DNA of 64,000 nucleotides, from contig OZ287074.1 of the NCBI GenBank assembly GCA_965645245.1, positions 1,922,001 to 1,986,000 on the forward strand, read 5' to 3'. Within the stretch, counting starts at the first letter, position 1; each line of letters begins with the position of its first letter. A program made the translations under genes and the position numbers. The notes under the pieces are model-generated. The model saw only the letters and a list, made by a program, of their open reading frames with translations. It was not told the origin of the DNA and ran no database searches. Shown one piece after another: positions 50,864 to 62,393 of the stretch. Source of the DNA: Massalongia carnosa. Taxonomy: Eukaryota.

Positions 50864-53800
50864 CTATGCCGTGATAGGTCTAGGGCGAAATGGCACCACG
50901 CTGTCGCTGTTTTGGGGTGTCAACGACGGCATCGAATTCATGCCGTCATTAGCTTGTTCGTGCGGCCTTTTGTTTGCTTTGAAATAGAAGCTTTTGCCCG
51001 GCTGCAAGAGCTGTCTGATCTCGCCATTATCTACCTCCTTGGCTAGCTGTAAAGCCGTTGTCCCTTCCTTGTTCCTGCTCAGCACATCTGCCCCCCCGTG
51101 CACTAAAATCGCCACAGCCTTGGCGCTTTCAAGCTCGATTGCAGCGAATAGCATCCTTCGGATGTCTATCTTCCGCGGGTTGATTTTGGCTCCCTTTTCA
51201 ATCAAAAGAATTGCAATCGAGTAATGCCCCTTGCCTTGAGCCAATGCTAAGGGTGAATCGCCCCATTTGTCCTCACGGTCGAGTTTGGCATGATTTTGGA
51301 GCAATAGCTTGACAGCGTCCAGATGGCCACAGACTGCTGCTTGGTGTAATGGCGTGCGCAGATTACAATTAGCATCGTTTACGGACGATTTGTCCTCCAG
51401 TAGAAGCAGTCGCAAGATATCGATATGCCCAGCCTCTATCGCACAATGAAGGACGGTGTTGTTACTGACAGGCTCCATCTCGGAGAACTCATGCTTTCTG
51501 ACGGCAAGGGCATATTTGATTAAGGTCAAAAAGCCTAGCCTTGCGAATGACCAAACGGGCAAGTTCTCGGCGTCTGGGATTGATTTGGATTTGTCCTGTA
51601 CGAAGCTCTTCTTGCCTTCTAGAATTGCCATGCACTCCAGATGCCCATACTGCCATGCGATTGTCCATGGGGTTCTCCGAAAACCATCGGGGATAATTGA
51701 ATCAACGCCTAGCTCAAGTAAGAGTTTGATAGCTTCGGATTTGCCATGTCGACTAGCCTCATGTAACGAAGAGAGTCCGTTCTTGTCTGTGGTGCGGGGA
51801 TCGAGGCCCTCTCCCTTCAAGAGAAGAATAATATCGGGCCACCCACCTCTACTCGCACCATGCATAAGAGTGCGATCGAGGTCGTCCAAGCAACGAAGGT
51901 CCACGGTGTGGAATTTCAACATTACCTTTACTACGTCAATGCAGCCCCAGTCGATGGCACGCAACATGGCAGTACCACCGCCTTGATAATCTTTCAGCAT
52001 TGGGTTAGCACCATTCTGCAATAACAGTTCAACAATTTCGCTGCTGTTCCTCGTCGCTGCGATGATCAGCGCAGAACGACCAGCAGCGTTATCCACAAGA
52101 TCAAGGTTAATCCCTGGCTTCTGCGCCAGAAGTTTCACTGTTGCGAAATCACCCTTGAGGGTGGCAAGAAAGAGCGCCGTACATCCATACGAGTCCCTTT
52201 GGTTTATGATGTCGACGGTGAGATGCTCCAGTAAGAGTTCTACGATGTTGGAATTTCCTGAATGTGCGGCTAGCATGAGTGCTGTACGGTCAAAATTTTT
52301 GGGCTGCACTGCACTCAAATTAAGCTCCTGCCTTGTCAAGAGAAGTTCCACGACGTCATCGTGGTGTTCAGAGATAGCCTCGAACAATGGAGTTCGTCCC
52401 CTGGTGCTGGTGATATTTACAGAGGCACCGAGATCCAGCAATTGCCGTACCACTTCTATGTGGCCCGATCTACAAGCATACATCAAAGGCGTCTGGCCGT
52501 ATGTTTCCTCCTGCACATCTACCTCAAGGTCCTTGGGATCGAGCATAGGGATAATGGAAGACAAACCAAACCACGCACATACATGGAGACCGTCAATGCC
52601 CTTACGGACGTCCCAGCTATGGGCAGATCCTCTATCCGTAAACCAGGCTGCTTGTATGTATGCTGCGATACGGCTGGGCTGGTCGAGCAGTTTGACGGTC
52701 TTGGATTGAATATCGGGATCTGGACCGACATCTCGCACATGGGTCCCCCAATACTGCGAAGCATATGCGATGAATGGGTACTTCTGTCTCATGGCTTCAA
52801 AAGCTTCCTCGTTGTGAGCTGGCCTCGTAAAAGCCCCAAAGTTCAAGTAGGTCAGACACGCGTTGGCGATTCCAGCTTCTGCGCTGGGAAACCACCGACT
52901 ACGGCTTTCGGGTTGGTTTAGATATGCGTGTAGAGTGAAATGCATGAGACGCACGGTACTACCGCCGTCGATGGTGATGAGTCCAGCCGTGCTGGATAGA
53001 ATATCTTCCTTGTCATAGTCCATGTCTTCCTCAAAGTCGGCTGCTCCCGGTTCTATCGCCAGGATATGTTGTAGCTCCTCCAGAACAAGTGGCCGATGCG
53101 TACAGACGACGATAGATAATACCTTGAGCCCTAGCTCTCGATCCACAGCATGTTCCTGCTCTAAGATCCGCTTCATGGTTTCCTCGTAAAGTATGTTCAA
53201 ATCCTCCGGAAAGGTGTTCAGTGCTTCGCGGATATGCCTCAGCGTTTGCCTCGTTCTCAACGAGTCCATGTATAGTTTTGCGTGAAGGAATCTACCGTCC
53301 GCTTTTTCAACAATCGCAGTTGGGATTTCCTTCAGGAGTTCTGGGTCTTTTTGACACTTTCTGCCGAATCTTGTCAAGCCGGGACGACTTGTGAGTCTAC
53401 GTTCATCCCAGACCTTGGCCCCGTAGCCTTCGATTTCTTTTTCCATTTCCGTTGTTATATATCCCTCGAGATCTTGGTCGCGGATGCGAAAGTTCATCTT
53501 TACTTCTTCGTAGGGTTCGATAAGTCTGTGAGATTTTTCCTTGCAAGGATTTTTTCCTTTGCAGTTATAACACATATCGGGTTTTGGATCCTTGCATGTA
53601 TCACAACGATAGTACACCGTGACATCGAGCGCTCCGCACACGTCGCAGTCGACCACCTCTCCACGATCTTCGCTATCGATCTGCCGTGATGTGGTCATTA
53701 CGCTCAAGTTCTTCACCTTCAGCTTACGGATCTCGGCCAGCAACCTCAGCCGAAAGGAGCATTGATCCAATGCATCCACTATGAGATAAACCCTCCTGTG

Positions 53801-54999
53801 CGTGTTCATTTGCGCCTCCAGAAACTCCCAAATGTCTTCCAATCTGGGCTCTACCTTTCGCCCCCTTGGTTTTCGAAACAACTCCCTAAGCTTCGGGGGT
53901 ATTGACGTCGTGTTGTCAGGGTGAATTAATTGTTTAAGCAAGCTGCCCAAAAGGTTTTTCAAATTCTGTGCCCGCGATTCTTTATAATCAAGATATAGGC
54001 AAATCACAGGGGTGTTCTGGTTTTTGAATTTCTCGTAAAGATAGTTAACCACTATTGAAGAAAGAACGGTCTAGAAAAATAGGTCAGCTTCTTTCACCGA
54101 CAACGAGAAACTACGTTCCACAACCCTACCTTGCCCGAGCCTGGCTTACCGTAACATTGGAGAAACCAAGGTTGACCGGCGACCCAGTGTTGGAACGCGA
54201 CGTGGTCCAGCAAACATTGCCCTGTGGGGAAGGCGTTTTCAAAAAGCTCAAGTTGTCTCGGCCAAAAATCCAGCGGGGATAGCCATTTTTCGATTTCCAC
54301 CCGCTCTCGCTCATCTTTCTCTATCTGTTTGTGTTCTTCCTTGATGCGGTGCCTTTCTTCTTGTGTTTTTTGCGCATCCTCAAAGGAAACCATGCGATCC
54401 GATAAGTTTTTGACTAGCACATGGGTATCTTTAACATGAACGCTGGTGTCTTTGACATGCACATGGGTTTCTTTAACCTGAATGTTCGTCTCCCTGCCAT
54501 CCTCTCTCGTCACTTTCAAGAGCTCGAAATTGTCCTCGTCCAGTATGAATCTGATCTCCTCGCGGCATCTCGTGATGTCGTTAAACAACGATTGAAACCT
54601 GTCCTTGTCCCAATGCCATTTCATGCTATGGCCAAGCTTCTTCATGCCGTGCGCCGGATTATCCGGGTTCAGCTTTTTCATCAGCTTTGCCACTGTCTTG
54701 TACAACCGCGCTAGCGCACCCTCAGACTCCAAATAGGGAGGCGGAATATATTCCCACTTGGCCGACAAGCTTCCACTTGTCCTCGCCAGCTCCAGAATGC
54801 CCTGACACCAGCGGTCTCCCGACTGCGCATTTGAGCGCCGGTCATCAAGCATTTTGATCATGAGCCGGAAGCTTTGCAGCTCGATGACGAGTTTTTCTCG
54901 ATCTTCCGTGGACTTGTAGAAATCGATGGTATACTTGATGGCTACATCAGCGGCTTGGAGAACCGCGATGACCGAGGCGGCAGCGCTGAGTCCGTCCAT
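50864..54999 (-). CDS. Fungal NLR: SesA/HeLo-like N-terminus + NACHT (with ZZ-type zinc finger insert) + ankyrin repeats
   Basis: MDGLSAAASVIAVLQ; P-loop GKPGSGK|T split by intron 54071-54129; Walker B LIVDALD; GRFLHAKL; RPL..EEL; many TPL/TAL ankyrin repeats. Confidence 0.93.
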
Positions 55000-55238
55000 G
55001 GCCGTTTCAACGATAAAAGGATAGGTATATAAAAGTTTAAACTCCACTCTTGGGTCAAAGAATATGGCGGAAGTTACCTCGTAAGGCAGATATCTAGGGA
55101 ACGTTATCGCAGTTGCAACCTGAAGTAGCTAGCAATCCGAAATGTGGGGAGGCATTGATAGCTGAATCATGAACTAGAGGGGCGCAAGATATCTCTGGAT
55201 TGCTAACATGCCCCACTCTCGGGTCATGCAAAAGCAAA

Positions 55239-55346
55239 TTTTCTAATCCGCTAAGAATACCTTCTTCGGCGAGGCAGAGTCTCGTGCAGTAGTTTTCTAA
55301 TCCGCTAAGAATACCTTCTTCGGCGAGGCGGAGTCTCGTGCAGTAG
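55239..55346. repeat. 54-bp tandem duplication in a divergent promoter region
   Basis: 55239-55292 and 55293-55346 differ at one base. Confidence 0.95.
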
Positions 55347-55887
55347 TTTCATGCAGCTTGAGCAATGTCAATGCAAGCTGGATCGCAACCAGCCAATCAT
55401 CATCGCTGTCAATCGTCATCGTGATTGTTGGATGGGGCCGAATTGGCATGGCTGCCCGGAGGCTGATATCGTTTCAGGGGCTTTGGCGTACTTTTAGCAA
55501 CGGCTCTGCACTCAATGGGGTTTGGCGGCTGGTTGCCTAACTCCCTCTGTGATGCTAGATCCTGGTCGATCTCGACGGCAGCACAGAGTATTTAAAAAAT
55601 CGAGGAGGCAGTTAACGTTACTCTAACCTCAGCGTTGAGTGCTCCAACTCCAAATCTCCACAATGGTAGGATTTCCCCCCTGTAGCATACTAGTAAGCTA
55701 CATGAGCTGAAGGCTTTGGGACGAACATTACTCTGTATTGTTCGGGTGATTCATATCATGTCGAGTGTATATCATCGGCAAGTTCCCATTATTTCATCTT
55801 TCTGCTTCTCTCTTGGTTTCTGTATTACGATCACGTCAGGGAAGGTTAATGCGCTCAATTTCCACGGGCTCTATCTCATATCTCCCA

Positions 55888-58809
55888 ATGATGCGTCTGT
55901 CATTTATTCTGTCTTTTGCGTTCCTAACGACGTCCCTCGCTGCCCCAGCGCCCGCTTCTACAGCATCACCAACTGCTACCGCGCCTGTCGCAGTGTCAAC
56001 AATATGTGGTGATATTGTCAGCTCAGGGAGTGTGCTGCGTTCTCGCTGGCTGCTGGTGCAAAAAAAGCTAATCGATGATAGAAATAATATTTGCTGCAAA
56101 AGATGCCTACAACTGTCTGACAAGTGTTCCTTTCAACCCCGCTGTCGCAACAAGGTTTCTCAAATACTACACCGACACTTTGGAGTTTCAAACGACATTG
56201 GCATATCTCAAAAACCCGCCAGCAAGCTATCAGCAGCCGGCCTCGGACCTTTTCAAAGACCTCAAGCAGCTTCAGCAAGATATCGATAGAGGAGCTTTTC
56301 CAAATCAGTATGCTTTTGAGGCGACCCTACAAAGCTTGATTTATTCAGCTCATGATTCCCATCTCAACCTGGTCGCTGGTATCCTTTCTGCCTTTACCTT
56401 TGCGAGCCCTTATGGGATTGCCTCAGTGTCGATTGATGGAATACAGCTTCCGAAGGTGTATCTGACGGGTACTATTATAACACGCTTTACGCTCGTGATG
56501 GTGCTGATATATGTATAGACGATTTGGTCGATTCTCAAGCGAATGGCGCCAGCTGGAAACCGTCGGCGATATCAAAGATCAACGGTCACGAAGTGACGGA
56601 CTATCTCTCGCAGTTCGCAGCCTGGAACGCCGTTGGCAGCCTAGAGCCTCATGCGGATTGGAATCAATTGATGTCGAGCTCTGCCTTGGATATTCAGAAT
56701 CTTTTCAGCATCTTCGAAGGGTATACCACCTTTTATCCAGGCGATGAGTTAACGTTCACATTCGAGAATGGTACCGAGCTTGGCCCTGAGCCATGGCTTG
56801 CTATATACAACAGTCCTGGAGAGACCGGGCCGCTTGCTACGGGCGGTGACTTTTACAACTTCTTCGTGCTGGGCTTATACCCAGCCTCCTATAATCCTGA
56901 TGCAGTAGCAACGGATTCTAGCGCCGCTCCAACTGCCGCACCCACGCAAACCGCGGACTCGGCTGCCAATGTATCTTCCACAGCAAGCGTAGAAAGTATT
57001 GCGCCGACACCTACCGCGTGGGAGAGTACTGCTTACCCTCAGAAACCTGATATTGTACAGGATGATTTTACCATCAGCGGCGTTCTTAGCGGTTACTTCC
57101 TTCATGACATATCGACTGCAGTACTCAGCATTCCCAGCTTCCAGGCGTTTGACAACGCCGTTGAAGCGTTCTCGAAAACCATTGTCGATTTCCTTGCAGA
57201 AAGCAAAAAAGCAGGCATGAAGAAGATCTTAATTGACGTGCAACAAAACGGGGGCGGAGTCTCACTTCTGGCAATAGATGCGTTCAAACAAGTAAGGCTT
57301 CCCACATCCTTCCTCGTCTGAAAGCTAATATCAAACTCGTAGTTCTTCCCATCTATCGATCCTTTTGCTGGAAGCCGGCTGCGCGCTCATTCCGCTGCAG
57401 ATGTGTTGGGTACTACATATACAGACTATTACAACTCCCCAACCTTTAACGAGTCCTACTATGACTGGTTTTCCGTCAGCAATTGGGTCGCCTCAGTTTA
57501 CCTTAATGCCGAGACCGGCCGAAACTTCACCTCATGGGGAGAGTTTTTTGGGCCTCATGAGTATAACGGGGACTACTTCACCACCACAGTAAGCTCCTCG
57601 AAGACATTGGTGATGTGACTTGTGGCTGAATAGGCTTTAGCAACGTTATAATCTGTCCAGCGTCATTTTTGACGCGGTCGCATCAGGAGGTATTGTTGTG
57701 CACGGCTATGCCGGTGTCTCAACTCCTCCTCAACCATACGCAGCGGAAGACATAGTAATCGTAAGTCAATCCTCGACGCTTACTTGAGGATTCGCTAACT
57801 CTTCCAGCTTACGGACGCTTTGTGCTCATCGGCATGTGCCGAATTTATGGAACTAATGCATCACGAAGGAGGCGTACGGACAGTAGTAGCAGGGGGCCGT
57901 CCAAAAACCGGGCCTATGCAAGCTCCGAGCGGCAGTCGAGGCGCCCAGTTTTACTCCTCCGTGGACTTGGATACCGATTTCGCGGTCGCGGGAGTACTCA
58001 ACAGCACCGCCCTCGAAGTCTTGCCTCCGCGATCCGAAGACGTCTTCGTGCAATACGCCGGCATCAACCTCCGCGACCAGATCCGAAAGGGCGAGAACAC
58101 CCCCCTGCAGTTCCTCTACGAAGCCGCCGACTGCCGTATCTTCTACACCCCGGAAACGTTCAACAACTACACCAAGCTGTGGAAATACGCCGCCGACGCC
58201 ATCTGGACCAGACCCGAGCTCTGCGTCAAGGATTCGACCGGCTACGCCTCCACCGGCCCATCCTCGGACACCGCCCCGGCCCCCCCAGCATCCCAACCCG
58301 TCCTTCCTGCCAACGTGTCCCGCAACCTCTTTGACACGATCCACCTCGCGACCCCCAACTCCGACCTCCCCCCCGCCTTGGGCGGCCAAGTCCTCGACGG
58401 TGTCCGCGTGTCCGTCCCCAGCATCGGCCAGCTCTGCGGCGCCAGCTCCCCTAACAAGGCCGACTGCGGCTCGAGGGGCCTGGCCTGCCAGCCCGTCGAC
58501 CAGTGCGGCCGCAAGGCCTCCATCTGCGTGCTACCGTGCTCGTCGTTCCACGACCCCTGCGGCGGCTTCAAATGCATCATCACCAGCCGCGCGCCCTCCA
58601 CCTACCAGGGCCACTCCAAGAGCGTCAGCTCCGGCTTCTGCTCCGTGCAGTGCAATTCCCGCTCCGGCCCCGACTTCCCCACCGCCGACTCCCCGCCCCT
58701 GTCGCCCAGCTTCTCGTCCGGCAAGGGCGGCTCCAGCTCCCGGGGCTCGTATTTGAAGGGCGAGACCTATGGGAATTACATCAAGGCCGGGATGGCGCCT
58801 TGGCCTTGA
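55888..58809 (+). CDS. Secreted peptidase S41 (CPAF-like) with C-terminal Cys-rich extension, ~6 exons
   Basis: Signal peptide; FQTTLAYLKNPP, AHDSH, IDVQQNGGG, TDALCSSAC, YEAADCRIFYT; GT-AG introns near 56030, 56469, 57292, 57588, 57761. Confidence 0.9.
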
Positions 58810-60857
58810 GTTTTTTTTGAGGGGGGGGGTTGGGCAAGGGAAATGCGGGGTTGGAATGTTTGCGCGATTGCGAGTCCGTGTCGGAATTGTTGTTGTTTTT
58901 ACTCCCCTCTCCCGCAGCCGGTTTTATTCCTAGAGAAGTTTCTGCAAAATTCCGCTTCTTGTGCTATATGTTCTTTTTTTTTTCCCTTTCTCTCTACCTT
59001 CATCCAAACCCTCGAGACATTAACTCACCATATGTATATACAGTACAGTACGATACGGTAGAGTATGTGATTAATATACCAAAAGTATCAACTACATGTT
59101 TTATATGTTGTATCGTTGATTCGATCGATCATGAACGGTTTTTATTGTTGATCGTTCTCGTACATTTATTTTTCCCGTTTGTCTTCTTCTCTCTCGACTG
59201 TTCTCTAACTACCCTCGCTTTTCGATTCCCCCTCTCCTTTCTTTCTCCATCACCTTCATCTCCTATCTCTCTCGCTCTCGTTTTAACATGTTTTTACACA
59301 GATCTCCATTTCTCGTTTCTCGTTCTTCAATCACTTTATTTAATCCATCCCAAAACTAGACCAAAAACTCAAAAGCGGGTTTTAATTCCCCCTTTCCCCC
59401 TTTCGCCCTTTCCATAAGGGTGCTGCTAGGTAAGTAATATGGGACGAGATAAGATAGGTAGGGGGGGGGGGGGGGAGAATGAGGAAAGGAAGTGTAAAAG
59501 ACGAAAAGAGGAAAATTCATCATGATTGTACTCATCCGTATATATCCCCCCCTCCCCATCTCTATCTCCATCTTCCTTCCTCACACTTGCTCTTCCCTCC
59601 CCTCTCCCCTTTCCATTATCACCACCTCCGCTGTTCGGTTTCGTGATCAGTTTCGTTGTTTTTTTTTCGTTAGGGAGTTCCGTTTTTCTAGTTATGTAAT
59701 GGATTAGTTAGATTTGTTAAACCACTTTTTTATTCTTTCGTTTCTGAAATAGATTGATTGGTTGGTTGGTTGGTTGATATGGCCCCTTTTCGTGCTTCGT
59801 TTATTCATTCCGTTCTTCGGAACCCCATCATTTTTTTTTGTTCTCGTTCTCGTTCTCGATTTCGTTCGTTTGTTCGCTGTTTGTTTCTTGAAGGAGGTGT
59901 TCTGCAAGCTTCATTTGATGGAAGAGTTTTGTAGTTTTGTATTCGGCAGGTTTCTGGGCTTGATGCTGTACTAATTAATAGAGCAAGAAAAAACAAGAGA
60001 CAATGATTTATGGGTGATTTAAAGACTTATGTACAACCAATCTAAAGAAATACAACTGGCACAACATATTGGACCGGGGTTAGCAAATCCTGGATTAAGT
60101 GAAGCACTGGAACGATATCAGGGTTGATAGAGGCTGCGAAGTTTTCGCATTGGAAAGCTGAACGGGGGCCCATGCGGGGGAATTGGGGGATGAGTTATGC
60201 GGTCCAGATAAATAAGGTGATAATTGGTGATATCGTGGTTTAACTTGGATAAGATTATCCATTTGGCGTCCGCAATATAGGTCGTTGATGACGCTGAGAG
60301 TGAGAGAAACTCGGCGTTCCTAGCAGCAACACGGAGATGGATCTCAGGAGGATCGGCCGGAGAGCTCGATTGCGCCAGCAATGCCCCTCCTGCGGTTGAA
60401 TCTGTAGCCATGCGGTAAATCTAGTGAAAGTGATAGCGTCCTGTGCTAGCTGCGTGGTAGCCTCACGCTTCTCAATGATAGATGTTTCTTTCACGCTGTC
60501 TTGGCAGCCAACGAGCTTATGAGACTGGTCATGATGTATTGTTTGACTTTCTTTCGATCGTTGCTGCTGTAAGAACGTTCATGCATCATCGAATAGTCGG
60601 CTTCATGAACCTTTGCGGGAATAGTAATCCAAACCCAACTAAAACAATTTAGATCTTCAATAGAAGTTGACTCGGACTTCTTTTGTCTCCGTCCCAGGAT
60701 GAGATTGGTTGTATGCCTTATTACTTGTCGGTAGGCTCGGGGTGATTTAAATGAAACGTGGTCAAAGAAAGCATATGAATCATATGCTGTTAAATGACAT
60801 CCCTCTACTTGTTGAAACCATCGAGTGATTGAAAACTCGAAACTAGGAAAGGTACTT

Positions 60858-62079
60858 TCATATGTCATTATACCACTTCAAGGCACTTTCTTTCAACTCT
60901 CTCTTCTCCTGATTCTCAAATCTTCTAGGGTCCAACGCTTTCACTAATCCCTCATCTACATCCCCGTTTCTAAACCCGCCTCCTGCATTATTAAATCGGC
61001 AACGATCTTCGCCGTTCCAGCCCCATGTGTCACCCACACCGCCGCAGCGATCCATAATCCGTCTACGCCCCCGAGTTTTCCGGCCAGCGGTAATTTTTCA
61101 GGCGTCACCGCAAAAAGCCCATTGAACGCTCTGCCCCCATTAAATAGACCTGGCTGCGACAGAAGAGGGTATACCCTACTGAACGCATCACCGAAATCGT
61201 TTCCTGGCCATGCTTCAATTACAGCAGCGCCTGGCGAGTCAACATGAAGCACGGCGTGGTCATAGGATCCCATACCATCAAAAGTACCGTGGTCGCGAAC
61301 GTAGGTGCGAGAACTGGGGTAACGGACGAACGGTGAGCGGCTAGGAAATGGAGGGCGAGGAAGCCCATGGATTTATGGATGGGCAACAGAAAAAATGGGA
61401 AGGTATGCAAGATGAGCCACAAGAGATGATGTCCATATCCCTATAGCGAAATAAGGCGAGAGGCAGAGATGTGGCCAAGATTTGTTTCTAGCCTGGTGAT
61501 TTCTTGTTGGAATCGACTCTAATGAGGCTTGCAGTTGCTTCAATAAGTATAGCACCTGCCATGATAACCTGATTTCGGTATGCAGCGGTGATAATATCGG
61601 CGCGTGTCCCGTCGCTAGGGAAATGGAGAGCCGCCTTCGTGCTCTCTGCACGAACGTACCGAGGGGCTGGAGATGCGGCGGCGGCTGAGGTGATGATTTC
61701 GACCCTCTAAACCTGCTTTCTTGGCTAGTTCAAGTCTTTTGCCCAACTTCGCCGCTTCCTCGTCGCTGCTCGCAATCTCAAGGCCGCCAACCCGATCATA
61801 TGCGCCTGGAATCTCAGCATATGATTTTACGCTCGTTACTGCAAGCTGGGTCAGCCATGAATTCTGATTCAGCTGACCAACAAAGCTAGGCGCATGGCCG
61901 GTCGACCCCGTCAAGGTTTCAAGAGAGCGGTCGAGGAGGATAACTTGAAAATGGCTGTGTTGGCTAAGTAGGTTGGCTAGAGCGGACCTAACAATTCCGG
62001 CGTCAACAATGATGACGCGTTGGGGATGTGGATTTTGTGAAAGATGGTGGATGGAGTTAAGATAGATTTGAGAAGCCAT
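60858..62079 (-). pseudogene. FAD-dependent oxidoreductase (dimethylglycine/sarcosine oxidase-like) pseudogene
   Basis: Degenerate GxGxxG (IIVDAGIVR); GSTGHAPS.VGQ; GSYDH; AAAVWVTHGAG; frame scattered over several ORFs. Confidence 0.82.
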
Positions 62080-62393
62080 TCAAGGTAAAATTGAAATAAT
62101 GATAAACGAGATGTCACAGTACAATACAAACCCCTCTGCGATTGACGACAACAACAACGCTCAACCTATATTTTGTATGTTCGCCTGCTTGGACGGTTAG
62201 ACCTAAAATATAAAAAAAAACGATATATCAAGCACAAGGTCAAAAACGATAATTGGTTGAATAGGCTAGATGGATATAGATTAGGAGCGCAAGGAGATTG
62301 TAGCCGCGTTGGACTGAGCCGCTGGAAGCCGATTGAAAGCGAATAGTCCAGCGGCCGTCTTTTTGCAACATGCAGAATGCAAGCAATCGTCTA

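Noticed and set aside
49393..58809. NLR-effector gene cluster (MBOAT, NLR, S41 peptidase)
   Set aside because: The peptidase is secreted and neither neighbour is a known NLR effector type; adjacency alone is not evidence.
58830..60000. Hydrophobic ORFs downstream of the peptidase
   Set aside because: Low-complexity T/C-rich intergenic DNA.
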